DNA of 64,000 bases. It comes from Vitrella brassicaformis CCMP3155. Its lineage: Eukaryota; Protista; Chromerida. The DNA lies in assembly GCA_001179505.1 (NCBI GenBank), contig CDMY01001052.1, positions 1 through 64,000 on the forward strand. Direction: 5' to 3'. Shown one piece after another: positions 24,635 through 36,832 of this stretch (positions are counted from its first letter, which is position 1; every line of letters begins with the position of its first letter). A model generated the notes under the pieces. That model saw only the letters and a list, made by a program, of their open reading frames with translations. It was not told where the DNA came from and did not search any database. Both the position numbers and the translations under genes were made by a program.

Positions 24635-25707
24635 ATGATGCATTGCCGTCCTCTGATCTCCGTCGTTATCGCCGCTTCCATCATCTCATCGGCCACGGCA
24701 GGAGAAGGCAATCTCAACCGGCGTAACTTGAAGGGTGGCGGCGGCGGGTTCGGTGGTGGCGGAGGAGGGTTCTCTGGCGGTGGCGGAGGGGGAGGTGGCT
24801 TCGTCGCTGTTCACTCTAGCGGAGGTGGCGGGAGTGGTGAAGGCAAACCATGGACTACCACCCACACTATCGTTTGTAAGCATGTGGCCTGTCGCATCAC
24901 AGTAAGCGCATGGCACAGCGAACTTGTGATGAATCCGCGTGTTGTGTGTTATGTCTGCAGTCAGCTGTTTGTTCGGCATCCCCATTCTCTGCTGCATCGG
25001 GTGGTGTGTCGGGTGCTGCATCAAAGGGTGTGTGGAGGGGGGCAACATACAGCAGCAACAGCGGCTGGCCAGCAACCGCAATGACCGCATCAAGCCCACC
25101 GTCACCAAGACGCCCCCTCAGTCTGGCACCTGGTGGGCAGCTACATCGGCTCCTTCGGTTGGTGTACGCTTGTATATGTCCTGCTGTGTGTGTGTGTGTG
25201 TGATGTGGGTGCGTCAGGTTGGGCAGCTACATGGAAAGAGGCGTCAGCTTTACCACCACTTACAAGCTGACATTCGGTGTGGACGGCACTGTCACGGGCA
25301 CTGGCAATGATGCCGACGGCGACTTCACCGTCAACGGCGTCTACAACACGACCACAGGCAAGGTGTCCTGGAGCGAGAAGTCTCGGTGGAGAAACCTCGC
25401 TGTCGACGTGACCGGCTCATTCGACGCCCAGTATCGGTCCATCTCCGGCCGCTACACAGCAAACACGGGCGTGAGCAACACCATGACCATTCGGCTCGCC
25501 ACGGCCGACCCGATGACGCAGCCCGTGCCCATCCCTCATCCCGGCATGACTCGCACCGAGGCCCCATCCCCTGCCCACACAGCACTGACTGTGGCGCCGA
25601 CAGAGCCCGACCGAGAGCCGACGATCGATGGCAGATCAGACACGACGGCGCCTTCTTCATTTGGTGGTGGGCAGGACAGGCAGCCGGCGGTTATCACGAG
25701 GTTCTGA
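24635..25707 (+). CDS. Orphan type I membrane protein: signal peptide, Gly-rich segment, Cys-rich TM, predicted beta-barrel
   Basis: Three phase-consistent exons: MMHCRPLISVVIAASIISSATAG; poly-Gly; TIVFSCLFGIPILCCIGWCVGCCIKGC; SGTWLGSYMERGVSFTTTYKLTFGVDGTVTGTGNDADGDFTVNGVYN... Confidence 0.75.
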
Positions 25708-28700
25708 TGATGGATGGCTCTGTGGATATGCATAAAGGGGGGAGCGAGGGAAGACAGGATGTACGTATGTATGTACATAATGACTGACTGACCTATCAAT
25801 GCTTCCGTCCGCTCGTGCCGCATGCGTGTGTGCGTGTCGTGTTGTGTTGTGTGTGAATAAGGAAGGAGTCTGCTTTCATGTCCTGGGTGTGTGTGTGTCG
25901 TCTCGCGTGTGGGCGGGGCGGGTTCACCTGCCTTTCCTTCTCTCCCTCTTGGTTGGCTGTCGACCACATGTACCATTCGCCATACTTTTGTGTCGTGATT
26001 TATAGCGCCTTGGCTTGAGTCGATTGCGGGCTCACAGATTGATTGATGTACGTGTGTGTATATAATAAGGTAGGTAGAGGGTCCATGTAGAGCAGACGAT
26101 GTGATACAATGGCTGCGTTTCGTGGGTATCTGGGCTGGCTGGCTGTGCGTGTCCAAGTAAAGCCACTGTGGTGTTTCTGCTTGCATTTCTGGTGTGTATA
26201 GGGTAGGTGGTACGGAAAGAATCACTTTTGGGCCACTTTTCTCTGACTCACTTTTTCTCGCCATTCACTGACATGCACTCCGCTGGGGAGCATTATGGGG
26301 GAGAGCGAGAGGGGCAGACGTTCGACACACATCCATTCATGTAGTGCGCGTTCACGGGCACTGGCAACGATGCCGACAAGTTGCATCCCCTTCCCCCTAA
26401 CACGGCTCTGCCTCCGAAGCACTATCACCCACCCTCCCTCATGCCAAACGTGCCAAATGTCCCTACCTCTGACAACAGCAATGGCCGGCTACTGGCGTGG
26501 TGTCACTCACGTGTCCGGTAATGAATCACAGTCGTCACCGCCACCGCCACCGCAGGACGAGACGCGTGGATAGTGCGCCTTGCCTTACCGTGCCGATGAG
26601 GACAAGAATTCATGATAACCGGGACGCACGTGAAGGCATCGCATCGCCAAGAAGAAAAAACAGCAACAATCGGCAAGTCCCTCTCCCCACCCCCCGCCCT
26701 CCCTACTTGTCTGCCGGCAGTCACTTCTGTCAGGTTTTTCTCCATGTGTCTCTTTCCCTCCCTCCCCTCCCTCCCTTCCCTCACTGGCAACATGGGTGGT
26801 CGACATCATTCATCCATCCATCCATCCATTTGCCCACCCACAGTCACACTTGCAGGCGATGCACGCACATTGTTGGTCGTTCGGTAGAGAGAGCTAGCTA
26901 GTCACTGGAGCAAAATCGGCATTACACATGACTGCAGACACGGGCACAAGTACGTGGGCACGTGAGCAAAACTGCTGAAGCCAGGGAGAGAGGAGGAGGA
27001 GGAGAGGAGAGTGGTCGGCAAGTAAACCAGCGCACAAAAAACGGCGCCGCATTGTGTGTGTGCCTGCCTGCAAACAAACAAACATGCCCACTCGACACAC
27101 AAACAGCCAGCCCCACCTCGGCAAAACACAACCCCCACCAAAAGCAGCAGCAGCCCGGCCTGTCAGCCAGCCCGTCATCAGCCACTCACTCACTCACCCA
27201 ATCAGTCACTCGACACATCAATCAGCATCCATCAACCAAGGGGCGGGCGTGAGGGGCGTGATGTAGGTGTGTTGTATTAATTGGGCCAGGCGACGGCATA
27301 CACCCACAGGTTCTACTTTACCTGTGCTGCCGCGCCAGCACACCCACTTACTGCACACACATCACACAACACACACACAGCACCCAGCACACCATGACAG
27401 CACCAACACCATGTCAAATCCACACGCAGCCCCCACACAGCATCATCAGAACACACACACACAGAGCCACCGGGGGCGAGCGAGAGGGGGAGGAGGGGGA
27501 GAGAAAACCAGACAGACACACAGACAGACGGACAGCAATGGGGAGGCAGTGACCTCGGGGGCATGCAAGTGCATACGACATGACGACACACGCCAGCCAA
27601 GCCAGACACAGCACACGAAGCGGGAGAGGGGCGTCTGTGGTCGGCGAGCAGACCTGTCGCTGGCTTGGTGAGTGAATGGCGTGCAGTGCATGACGTGGTG
27701 CGTATGGTATGGGTGGGTTGAGGGATGCATCGGTCACACATGACATGCGAGAAACATCATGAGCACAACATCACATAAATCACATCAGTATGGACGCGCG
27801 CAAACGAAACAAGCAAGGCGAAATGAATGAAGGAAGAATAGTAACTCAGCTGTCTGTCGCAGGCCCCTACCACCCCACCCTCCCTCCATCCAACCTCCAT
27901 GCCCCATCCCTCCCTCCCTGACTACCTACCTACCTTTGCTGGCTGCCGGTTGTGGTGTCTGGTGAGCCCCCTCCACCCTCTCTCTCTCTGGTCTGGTCAG
28001 GTGCTCTCCCTCACTCAGGTCCCTACTTACATCCATCCATCCATCCATGTGTGGCTGGCCTGCGACACAGTAGTGTCAATACTTGATCGATTCATTGTTG
28101 TGTTGTTGGTCTCTCCCTCTTTCCGCGCGTCTATCAACGCGCGTGTAAAGGCATTCACTCCCACTCCCACACACACACACATACACACGTAACGACGTAC
28201 ACACATAGGCACACACACGTATATGGCGGCACACACACTCATCCAGACGGGCAGACAAACAGGCGGACGGACATCGGCATGCAGGGTGCACTCACGCCGC
28301 GAATTGGTCGGTCGACGACGATGGGACGGACGATTGATTGTGGGTCTTAAAACGCTCTTAAACGGACGGATGACATATATACTGCGACGTATAGCATACG
28401 CGACACATACACGCATACAGACGACACACGAAAAACCTCGGACAGGCGGACGGACGGACGATGCGGGATAGCTAGACAGACAGACAGACAGGTAGGTCGG
28501 TGACTGCCATCGATCCGAGGGATCACTCACTCAATCCAGTCAGACAGAGATCATCGTTGCACGTTGCACATTCCACGCAAAAAAACACGGCACGTCACGG
28601 CACGTCACGTCAGGCGGTGTGATGAGATGTCGTCTATGTGTGTGTGCGTGTATGTGTGATGTTCGTATCAATTTCCCGATACACACACACACACACAGCT

Positions 28701-29207
28701 GTCTATCTAGCCGCTGTACACTCATCCGCCCTACCAACCTACCCTACCTCATTTCACACATTCACAGGGAGACACCCATCACGGCAGCCAGACAGACAGA
28801 CAGACAGACAGCCGTCCACAGATCAGCAAGGGAGACAAACGCACCCACACACACCACGTGTCACACCCAGACACACACACACAGGTGTACAACACAAATA
28901 TCATTCAGCCGTCCATGCCATGCAGACCACTTACCGCACACACACAGGCAGCACCCACCCCAAACCACCCACACGCAGACACACGCACACACAGCCAGCC
29001 CATCTGAAGAACGGCAGATATGGCCTGGCCGCGTTGTCTACCGCCCATCCAATCCAACAGCAGCAGCAGGACAGAGAAAGTTGCCACCATGCCCCACTAA
29101 AACAAGCAAGCCAACGAAAAGCATAAGCAGCCGCCTTTCCCCCTGTGGGTGTGTGTATGTGTATGTGTGTGTGCTCTATGTGCGCATCTATCTATCCATC
29201 CATCTAT

Positions 29208-32200
29208 CTAGCCCTCGGTTCTAACGGTCTCGTCGGACTCGCTCAGGGCCGACAGCCGGCCGTAGTCCATCTCCGTCGACGCCGCACCACGTCCACCACT
29301 CGCCAGCCCCTCGGCCACTGTGGGCGGTGTGGCGATGGGGCCGCACTCGCCCGAGCGGTCCTCTAGCTGGTGCGTGTGGGCGTCCCCCTTGTGTGTGGGT
29401 GTGGGGGTGACGCGCTTGAGGGCGATGTTCTGGAATGGGGCCAGCCAGAGGTAGAGGAAGCGGCCCTGGGAATGGGCCGTCCAGTAGGGGTCGTGCTGGT
29501 TGTAGTCGTGCTTGCCGATGTAGCGCTCGTCGATGGAGTTGTAGATGACGCGCCACTGGCACACACAGACACACACACACACACACGTGAGCATGAGAAT
29601 GCGCCGCTCTGGGTGGGAGGTTTGTGTGGGTGGGTGGCAGAGGCTGACCTCTCCTTCGGACGGAACGTAGATGTTGGCCGGAACGTGTCCGTGGTTCTCG
29701 TTGCGGACGAAGACCAGGTCGTCCTTGTGGTCCAGCTCGCTGCCGGAAGTCCAGGAGTGCTCATCGCTGCCCCACCTGCACCAACACAAACCACACCACA
29801 TACAGGTGGGTGGGTGGGTGGGTGGGTGGCTGGGTGGCTGGAGTTCACTGTCCTGCACTCACCGGACGAACGAGATCCACTTGAACTGGTTGTGCGAGCC
29901 GTTCCGGTCCAAACTACTGCTATCCTGGCGACCTGGCCACCCAACCACACCACACCACACCACACCGCACCAGACAGACAACCAGTGGGCTGGCTGGCTG
30001 GCTGGCTGGCTGACGAGAGAGAGTGGCAACTGCGTACGAAAGGCGGGTTCCTTGGTGAGTATGGCGTTGAGGTCGTGGAAGTTGGCGATGAGCATCTGCT
30101 GGTGCATCTGGGCGTGGGGGCCGGTCTTGGACCAGTCGAGCCCGACGGGCCGGTCGCCGCTGCCCACGGTGAAGCTGCCCTCCTCACCAAACTCGTCACC
30201 CTGACAGACACAACGAAACGCATCATGACGTCATGGCACACACAGGGCGGGCATCCCATCAACGAGGATCCCTGTCTCTCTCTCTCTCTCTCTCTCTCGG
30301 TAGGGTGGGGGCCGTCTCTCACCATGAAGACCATCGGGACACCTGAGAGAGAGAGAGAGAGAGAGAGAGAGGCCACGGCAGATTTGCGAGCAGTGTGGCT
30401 GCAGGTGGGTGTGGTCGGTGCGGTGGCAATGAGTACCCTACCTACCAGGTCTGAAGTACATGAATGCTGCCAGCCCGATCAGCTGCAGGTGGTTGCCCAT
30501 CTCGCTGAAGATGCGAAGCTTGCCTGCACCCGCCAGACCACAGCACACCAAATCAAATGAATGCACGCACTCTCTGTCCCCCCTCAAAACCCTCCATAAG
30601 CCATGCTTTGCTGACCATTGGCGGCCTCGTCGTGTGTGGTGATGGGCGAGATCATCTTCTCGGGCCGGGAGCTCAGCAGGACGCCCTCGATCTCCTCCAC
30701 CTTGCGGTGCTCGGTGAACTGACCCATCCACACACCCACACATGCACACGTGATGGCATTGATGAGGGCAGGGCGGTGGGCATGAATACTTTGTGGAGGT
30801 ATCGGCGCATCCGGTGCATCTCGGCGAGATCCTGCGCGTAGGTGAAACCCAATCCGCCTGCAGACAGTACACCACACACACACAGAGAGAGAGAGCAGAC
30901 AGACAGACAGACAGACACGCAACAGGTCAGTCAGAGAAGAGCCCCTCTGCGCGTGAAGGGGATGCTCGCCTTCTTCGATGGGGCACGCCAGCTTCGGGAA
31001 GACCCGCCTGCTCTCCTCAGCTATCGTGAAGAACGAAGGGTATCGCTCCAGCAGCCTACACACGCATACACACATACACAGATCACATACCTATCACTAT
31101 CACCCGGTCGGTCACACACCTGCCCTCACTCACCTCTGGTGCAGTTCTCTGAGGAACTTGAGTGCGGGCAGGTCGACAGCCTCTGACAGGTAGTAGGCGC
31201 CCATGTGCTTGTCGCCGCCCAGCCCGTTGATCAGCCGCCAGTCCTCTTCGGTGAACGAGCCCCAGTCATTCTTGCGCCACGACTTGAGACCTAAATATTC
31301 ACGTAGATGCACACACACAGACAGACAGACAGACAGACAGAGAGGGAGAGGGAGAGGGGGAGGGAGAGATGGGGGCAGGCAGAGGCAGGTGCGTGTGGTT
31401 GGTGTGTTGTGTTGTGATTGGTTGGTGTGTTGTGTTGTGATTGGTGTGCACACCGCCCCGCACCGACCTCTGTCGTAGTCTTGGTAGACCTGTGCTGCGA
31501 CGGCGTCGATGCGCACCCCGTCCACACCGCACTCCTCGTGCATATACGCCAGGATGCCAATCAGGTAGTCGCGCACTGCATGAGGGGACCAACAAACCCA
31601 TCACATCACACACGCATTTCTCTCTCTCTCTTCTCTGTGTCTTTGTGTGTGTGCCTGCCGGGGAACTGACCGTATTGGCTGTCGTGGTTGTAGACTCGAG
31701 TGTTCCACTGGTCGTTCCACCCCTTGAGCGAGAGGTGGTGGTGGTGGTAGACGTCGGTGCCGTCGAACATGGCGATGCCCGTGTCCCAGTCCTTGATGGT
31801 GAAACCCAGCGGCACGTCCACTATCACCTGAGAGGGTCGGTGGGGTGTTGGTATCATCCACACGCACAGACACACACACACACACACACACAGAGAGAGA
31901 GAAAGAGAGGTTGGTGTGCATGTGTGTGTCTCTGTGTGTGGGTGTGTGGTTCACTCACGCCTATGTCGTGTTCGTGCAGGTGGTTGACGAGCCACTTGAA
32001 GTCGTCCAGGGTGCCGTAGCGATGATACATGCAGTACGGCAGCGACACCTACACCACACCACACCACATCAACACACACACATCAAGGCACACGTGCCTA
32101 TCTGCCTGGCTGGCTGGACCCACCAGGTATCCCCACGACTCGTAGAGTGGCGTCTGGAAGGGCGGCATGATCTGCACGTGTGTGAAGCCCAGCCACCCGC

Positions 32201-33144
32201 AGTGCTGCACGATCTTGGTCGCTATGTCGCGGTAGTTGCCAAAGGGACAGAACCCTCCCAGGTGCAACTCGTATATCGACATCGGCTCGCGACCCCTGGG
32301 CGATACCGACCACAACCCCCCACACACACAGGCAGACAGACAGATGCCTCCCTCCCTCCCTCTGTGCCTCTCTCTCTGTGTGTGTGGGTGGGTGGGTGGG
32401 TGGGTGGGGGGGTCTTGTCACTCACTTGGTGTGGTGTTTGTGTGTCCATTTGAATTTGAGGTGGTCGGTGACGACGGCGTTCCACACTCTGCCCTCGCCC
32501 ACACAGTCGAAGGTGAAGGGGTCGAGCCGCCACATGTCGTAACCCGGGTGGGGCAGGTAGTCGTGGTGGTTCTGCACTCGGTACTTGTACTCGCTACCTG
32601 CAACGCAACACACCGCACCCACCACACACCATTCCACAGACAGACACGCCACACACACATGAAGGTCGCTGAGGGGGAGGGGGGAGGGGGAGGTACCGGT
32701 GAGGTCCTCATCGATGGTGATGGTCCAGGTGCCGTCCTCCCCTCTCTCCAGCCGCTCCTCCCGCTCTCCCCAGCCATTGCCCGCACGGAGGAGCAGCACA
32801 CAAGTGGCCTCGGGCGCATACACCCTACAAGCACACACACACACACACGTGGGCATGTGCATTCCACAGCCAGGGCATCAAGCACGCACCATCCACACGC
32901 ACACAGACCCAAAGAGGCGCCGGGCAGGCAGACAGGCCTGTCTCTCTGTGCTCCTTCCCTACCTGAAGGTGGTCTTCTGAGAGGTCTTGTCGACTACAGC
33001 CCCGTAGTATCGCCACGGCTTGTGCCTCCTCACCGCATCCACACCCGCATCCAGGTGCTTGTCGATGCTCACCGCCTCCTCATGGGATGGCGACGACTCG
33101 GGGGCGGTGCTCGTGGTGGTGGACTGGGGAGAGGGATCTTCCAT
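29208..33144 (-). CDS. glgB: 1,4-alpha-glucan branching enzyme, bacterial GlgB (GH13_9)-like, about 17 introns
   Basis: KPWRYYGA...TTFRVYAPEA, PMSIYELHLG, GFTHVQIMPP..ESWGY, RYGTLDDFKWLVNHLH, FDGTDVY..WNTRVYN, DGVRIDAVA, TIAEES, THDE, PMVFM..EEFG, WRVIYNS. Confidence 0.9.
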
Positions 33145-33349
33145 CCTATGCGTGTGTGGTGGGGATGCGACGGGAGGCACCAGAACCCGCGGGACACAGG
33201 GGCGAGCACATCGTCGCGAATTCTCGACTTCGGCGTGCGGGAGCGTGAAACGAACGTGTTCAACTTCCTCTGCGAAGTCCAGTTGGTGGCTGTGCTGGAC
33301 GGAGGGAGCTGGCAGATTGCAAGCCATCGGGAGCTTGGCTTCTGCAGAG

Positions 33350-35269
33350 ATGGTGCTGTTGGTCCTCCTGGTGGTCGTCTGTGCTGTTGGATGCTGTAGC
33401 GCATCTTCCCTGCAGCCCATCGGTCCCCTCCCGAACAGTGTCGGCTTCTTGACTGTGGGCGACTGGGGCGATGTGGAGGCGAAAAAAGTGGCAGGTGAGT
33501 GAGGTGCTGATGAGCCGGCGAACGGCTGACTACATGAGTGATTGTTCCTTCTATGCATGTGCTGGCTGCAGATAGCATGGGCGACTGGGCGCAGCGGATG
33601 GACGCCAAAGCGGTGCTCAGCCTGGGAGATCTCTTCTACGAGGACGGGTGGGTCGGCGAAGAAGGAAGGGCCCGGCCCTTTCATCCCACCATCACCATCT
33701 CCCCCTGTCTGTGTCCGTGTGTCACCTCTTTCCGTCCATGTGTTTGCTGCAGTGTGAGCGGGGTGGATGACCCGCAATTCACCGACAAATTCGAGCAGAC
33801 CTTCACCGCGCCGTCCCTGCAGGTGCCCTGGATCACCTGCACCGGCAATCATGACTGGTATGGCGGGGTCGAGAGCATCGACGCCGAGCTGCAGTACACC
33901 CACAGGAGCCCGCGGTGGCACTTTCCTGCGCTCAACTTCACTTACACGCTGCACGGACCGGTTCGGGCACACACACACACACATGCACACACACACGGTG
34001 GCTTGTAAGCTTGTGGACGCCTTGTGTTGTGTTGTGTTGTGTTGTGTCGGTCAGGGTGGTCTGCGTGTGTTGGTAGCGAGTGTGGACACCTGGCTGCTGT
34101 GCGGGGGGGACTCGTTCACCTACTTTGAGAGGGAGGGGCCGCCCGACGACGCGCATCCGGGGCGGCTCAAAGTCTACCTCAAAAACAAACGGTCAGCGAG
34201 CGACGAATGGCAGACGACGGGTGACACCACACACACACACACCTCTTTGCCTGCCTGCCTGCCTGCCTGTCTGTCTGGCTGTCTGTCTACCTTTGCAGGC
34301 GGCTTGAGGATGAGTATGACGCAGGGACGATCGACGAGGGCAAGTATCGGGCCCTCAGTAGACTGGACGAGAAACCACCACCACCGACCCCACTAGCTGG
34401 ACCTGTCGGCAATATCGGCAACGCGACGAGTGTGGCGGCGGCAGGGGAGGGGCGAGACGATGGCGGTCTTGACGGGCGGATGCTGCAGTGGCTTAGAGAT
34501 GAGCTGAGGAAATCCGATGCTGACTGGAAGGTGGGTGATCTGGATGGAAAGAACAACGCACACACGCACAGCACAGGGAGGATGCGAGTGAGGGGAGGTG
34601 AGAGCATACTGCTGGGTCTCTCTGTGTGTGGCAGATTGTGATAGGCCACTTCACCATCTACAGCTCCTCCCTGTTTGAGCATGGCGACAACCCCACACTC
34701 ATCGAGAGGCTCGTTCCGGTCCTGAAAGAGGGTAAGTGAGGCTGAGGGAGGGAGGGAGGGAGGGAGGGAGGGGCGGACACACAGAGGGGCAGCCAGGCCA
34801 GCCACAGAACGGCCGTGTGCGCCATGCCATGTGTCTGTCTGCAGGCGGCGTAGACGTGTATTTCAACGGCCACGACCACATATTGCAGCACATCGTTAGG
34901 GACGGCATTCACTACATCGGCAGCGGGGCCGGCGCCCGGGTGCACCACATGGCCAACCGCTTCTACGAGGGGCTCAAGTACGCCCACCTATCGCACTTCG
35001 GCTACACCGCACACTCAGGTCAGCTCCAGAGCACCACGTAAATCAGTCAGATGGTCCGTCCAGTCAAGGCGGCCGGCCGATTGAGACGGAACGGAACGGA
35101 ACGGTTTTTGATTCCGTTCCGTTGTGTGTGTGTTCCGTGCCGTGCAGTGAACAAGACGCATTTCCAGGGGTCGTTTCACCTGGAGGACGGGAGAGAGGTC
35201 TACTCGTTCCTCTTTTCCAAGCCTGCAGCTGGCAGCCGGCAGGCTGAGGCAGCGGAGGTCGTAGAGTGA
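33350..35269 (+). CDS. Secreted purple (tartrate-resistant type 5-like) acid phosphatase
   Basis: Signal peptide MVLLVLLVVVCAVGCCSA; the five metal-binding blocks GDWG, GDLFY, GNHDW, VIGH and GHDH are all present. Confidence 0.9.
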
Positions 35270-35815
35270 GTGAGAGGTCAGACAGGCGACCTTATTGCTG
35301 GTAGGTAGCTACCTGGTAGCTGACCATATTGTTGTGATGCGACGCGTGAGAATCTGGTGGGTGGGTGGCTGGGTGTGTGGGTGTGCGACTGAGTGAGTGA
35401 GTGAATGAGATGAATGGTTTCTAGTAGGGCCCTCAGCTGCCTCAGTACTGACTGCGTTTGGGTGTGTGTGTGTGTGTGTGTGCGGGGGGGTTGGCGGGAG
35501 GGTGTGTAGGCGTTTTTTGATCTTTGGAGTAAGTGAGGGACGCGGCGGGCGCATTTGGTGTGCACATATGTGTGTGGATACTTCGGGCGTGAACGTGCTG
35601 TGCGGGGTGGGCTGAGCATGGATCAATTGGATGTGTGTGTGTGTGTGTGTGTGGCTGGGCTGGGCCCTTTGCACGCGTCGGTCTACACACCGACAAAAGA
35701 GCATCAAACGACAGCTAGAGAGATCATCTACACTCAAATGCATGTGTGTATCCGCAGAGTCCGTCCTGCGTGGCCGAAGCAGATCTGCATCGTCGGAAGC
35801 ACTACATATGTACAG

Positions 35816-36472
35816 CTACATCCGAGGCTGCCTCTCGCTCAGTCTGTCGTCCCATTCCATCTTGGGGTCGCTGGCCGCCTCTCGCCTCATTCTCTCCTGT
35901 TCCTTGGCCCTTTCCTCTTCGCGCCTCTGTCTGGCCTTCTCTGCGTTCTCCCTGTGCTTTTCCATGGCCTTCGAGATTTCAACGGCTACCCAGACCAAGA
36001 CGACCAAAAACATTAAGACTGAGACAGACAGACACACAGACAGGCAGACAGACAGATGCATCAGGCGTCGAAGAATGACTGTCTGACTCACTGATGCCCA
36101 AAATGGCGCCTCCAGCAATAACAGTGACCAACAGTTCCAAAGTGAACTGAAACACACACACACAGACACATCCACACTCATCCATATTCGGTCTCCGCTA
36201 TAGAGTGTGCATACCCTCATAAGGGATGTGACAGCCGTCGGCTCCCCCCAGCCAGAGAAGTGCAAGACTGTAGGCTGCCCCCTCCTCACGCCAATCCCGA
36301 GCGGTGCCTGTCCTCGCTGCAGCTGCTTCCCTTCGGCCACGGCAGTAGTCTTGCCACGCAGCATGAGAGAAGGGGCCACGAAGGACACACTGCCAGGTGC
36401 CGCAGCAGCAGGGGAACGGCGAGCGGCGCCGACGGCATGGGGGAGAGTCAAGAGGACAGCAGGCAGCCACAT
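35816..36472 (-). CDS. Small orphan membrane protein with bipartite-like leader
   Basis: MWLPAVLLTLPHAVGA-ARRSPAAAAPGSVSFVAPSLMLRG; two introns join the TM segment LLVTVIAGGAILGIILMFLVVLVWVAV; charged helical tail. Confidence 0.6.
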   Translation of the reverse strand: MWLPAVLLTLPHAVGAARRSPAAAAPGSVSFVAPSLMLRGKTTAVAEGKQLQRGQAPLGIGVRRGQPTVLHFSGWGEPTAVTSLMRVCTLYSGDRIWMSVDVSVCVCFSSLWNCWSLLLLEAPFWASVSQTVILRRLMHLSVCLSVCLSVSVLMFLVVLVWVAVEISKAMEKHRENAEKARQRREEERAKEQERMRREAASDPKMEWDDRLSERQPRM

Positions 36473-36832
36473 CGATCGCTGCCTTCAACCAGATCTGTGC
36501 TGCCAACAAACGTTCAGTTTTGTCTCTGATCGGCGGGGAGGCCACCAGTCGCCCACTTCGCTAATGTGTGAACGTGTGTAACGCTGTGCGTCCCATATGG
36601 AAGAGGACCCTTGTCTGCGCCACCTCCCTTATTTGGTTGATTTACGTGGCCAGGAAGCAGTTTCGATCCGCAAGATCAGAGTGATCTAACAATTCAGCGA
36701 CCCGGGAGCCCTACGCCGAGTCCATTCCATCCCCTTGCGATTCGTTGCGGAAGACTTTGTTGTTCGCATCGGCGGAAGAAGAACCGGCCGTCGGTTAACC
36801 ACGTCAGACGGAGAGTGCGCGCGATGAGGGGC

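Noticed and set aside
26400-26700. Microsatellite-poor island with minus-strand GTAAG/GTGAG donors
   Set aside because: I could not build a phase-consistent coding model; it may be UTR or non-coding RNA, but this is unsupported.
29208-33144. Bacterial contamination as the source of GlgB or the chromate transporter
   Set aside because: Both genes are interrupted by many host-style spliceosomal introns.
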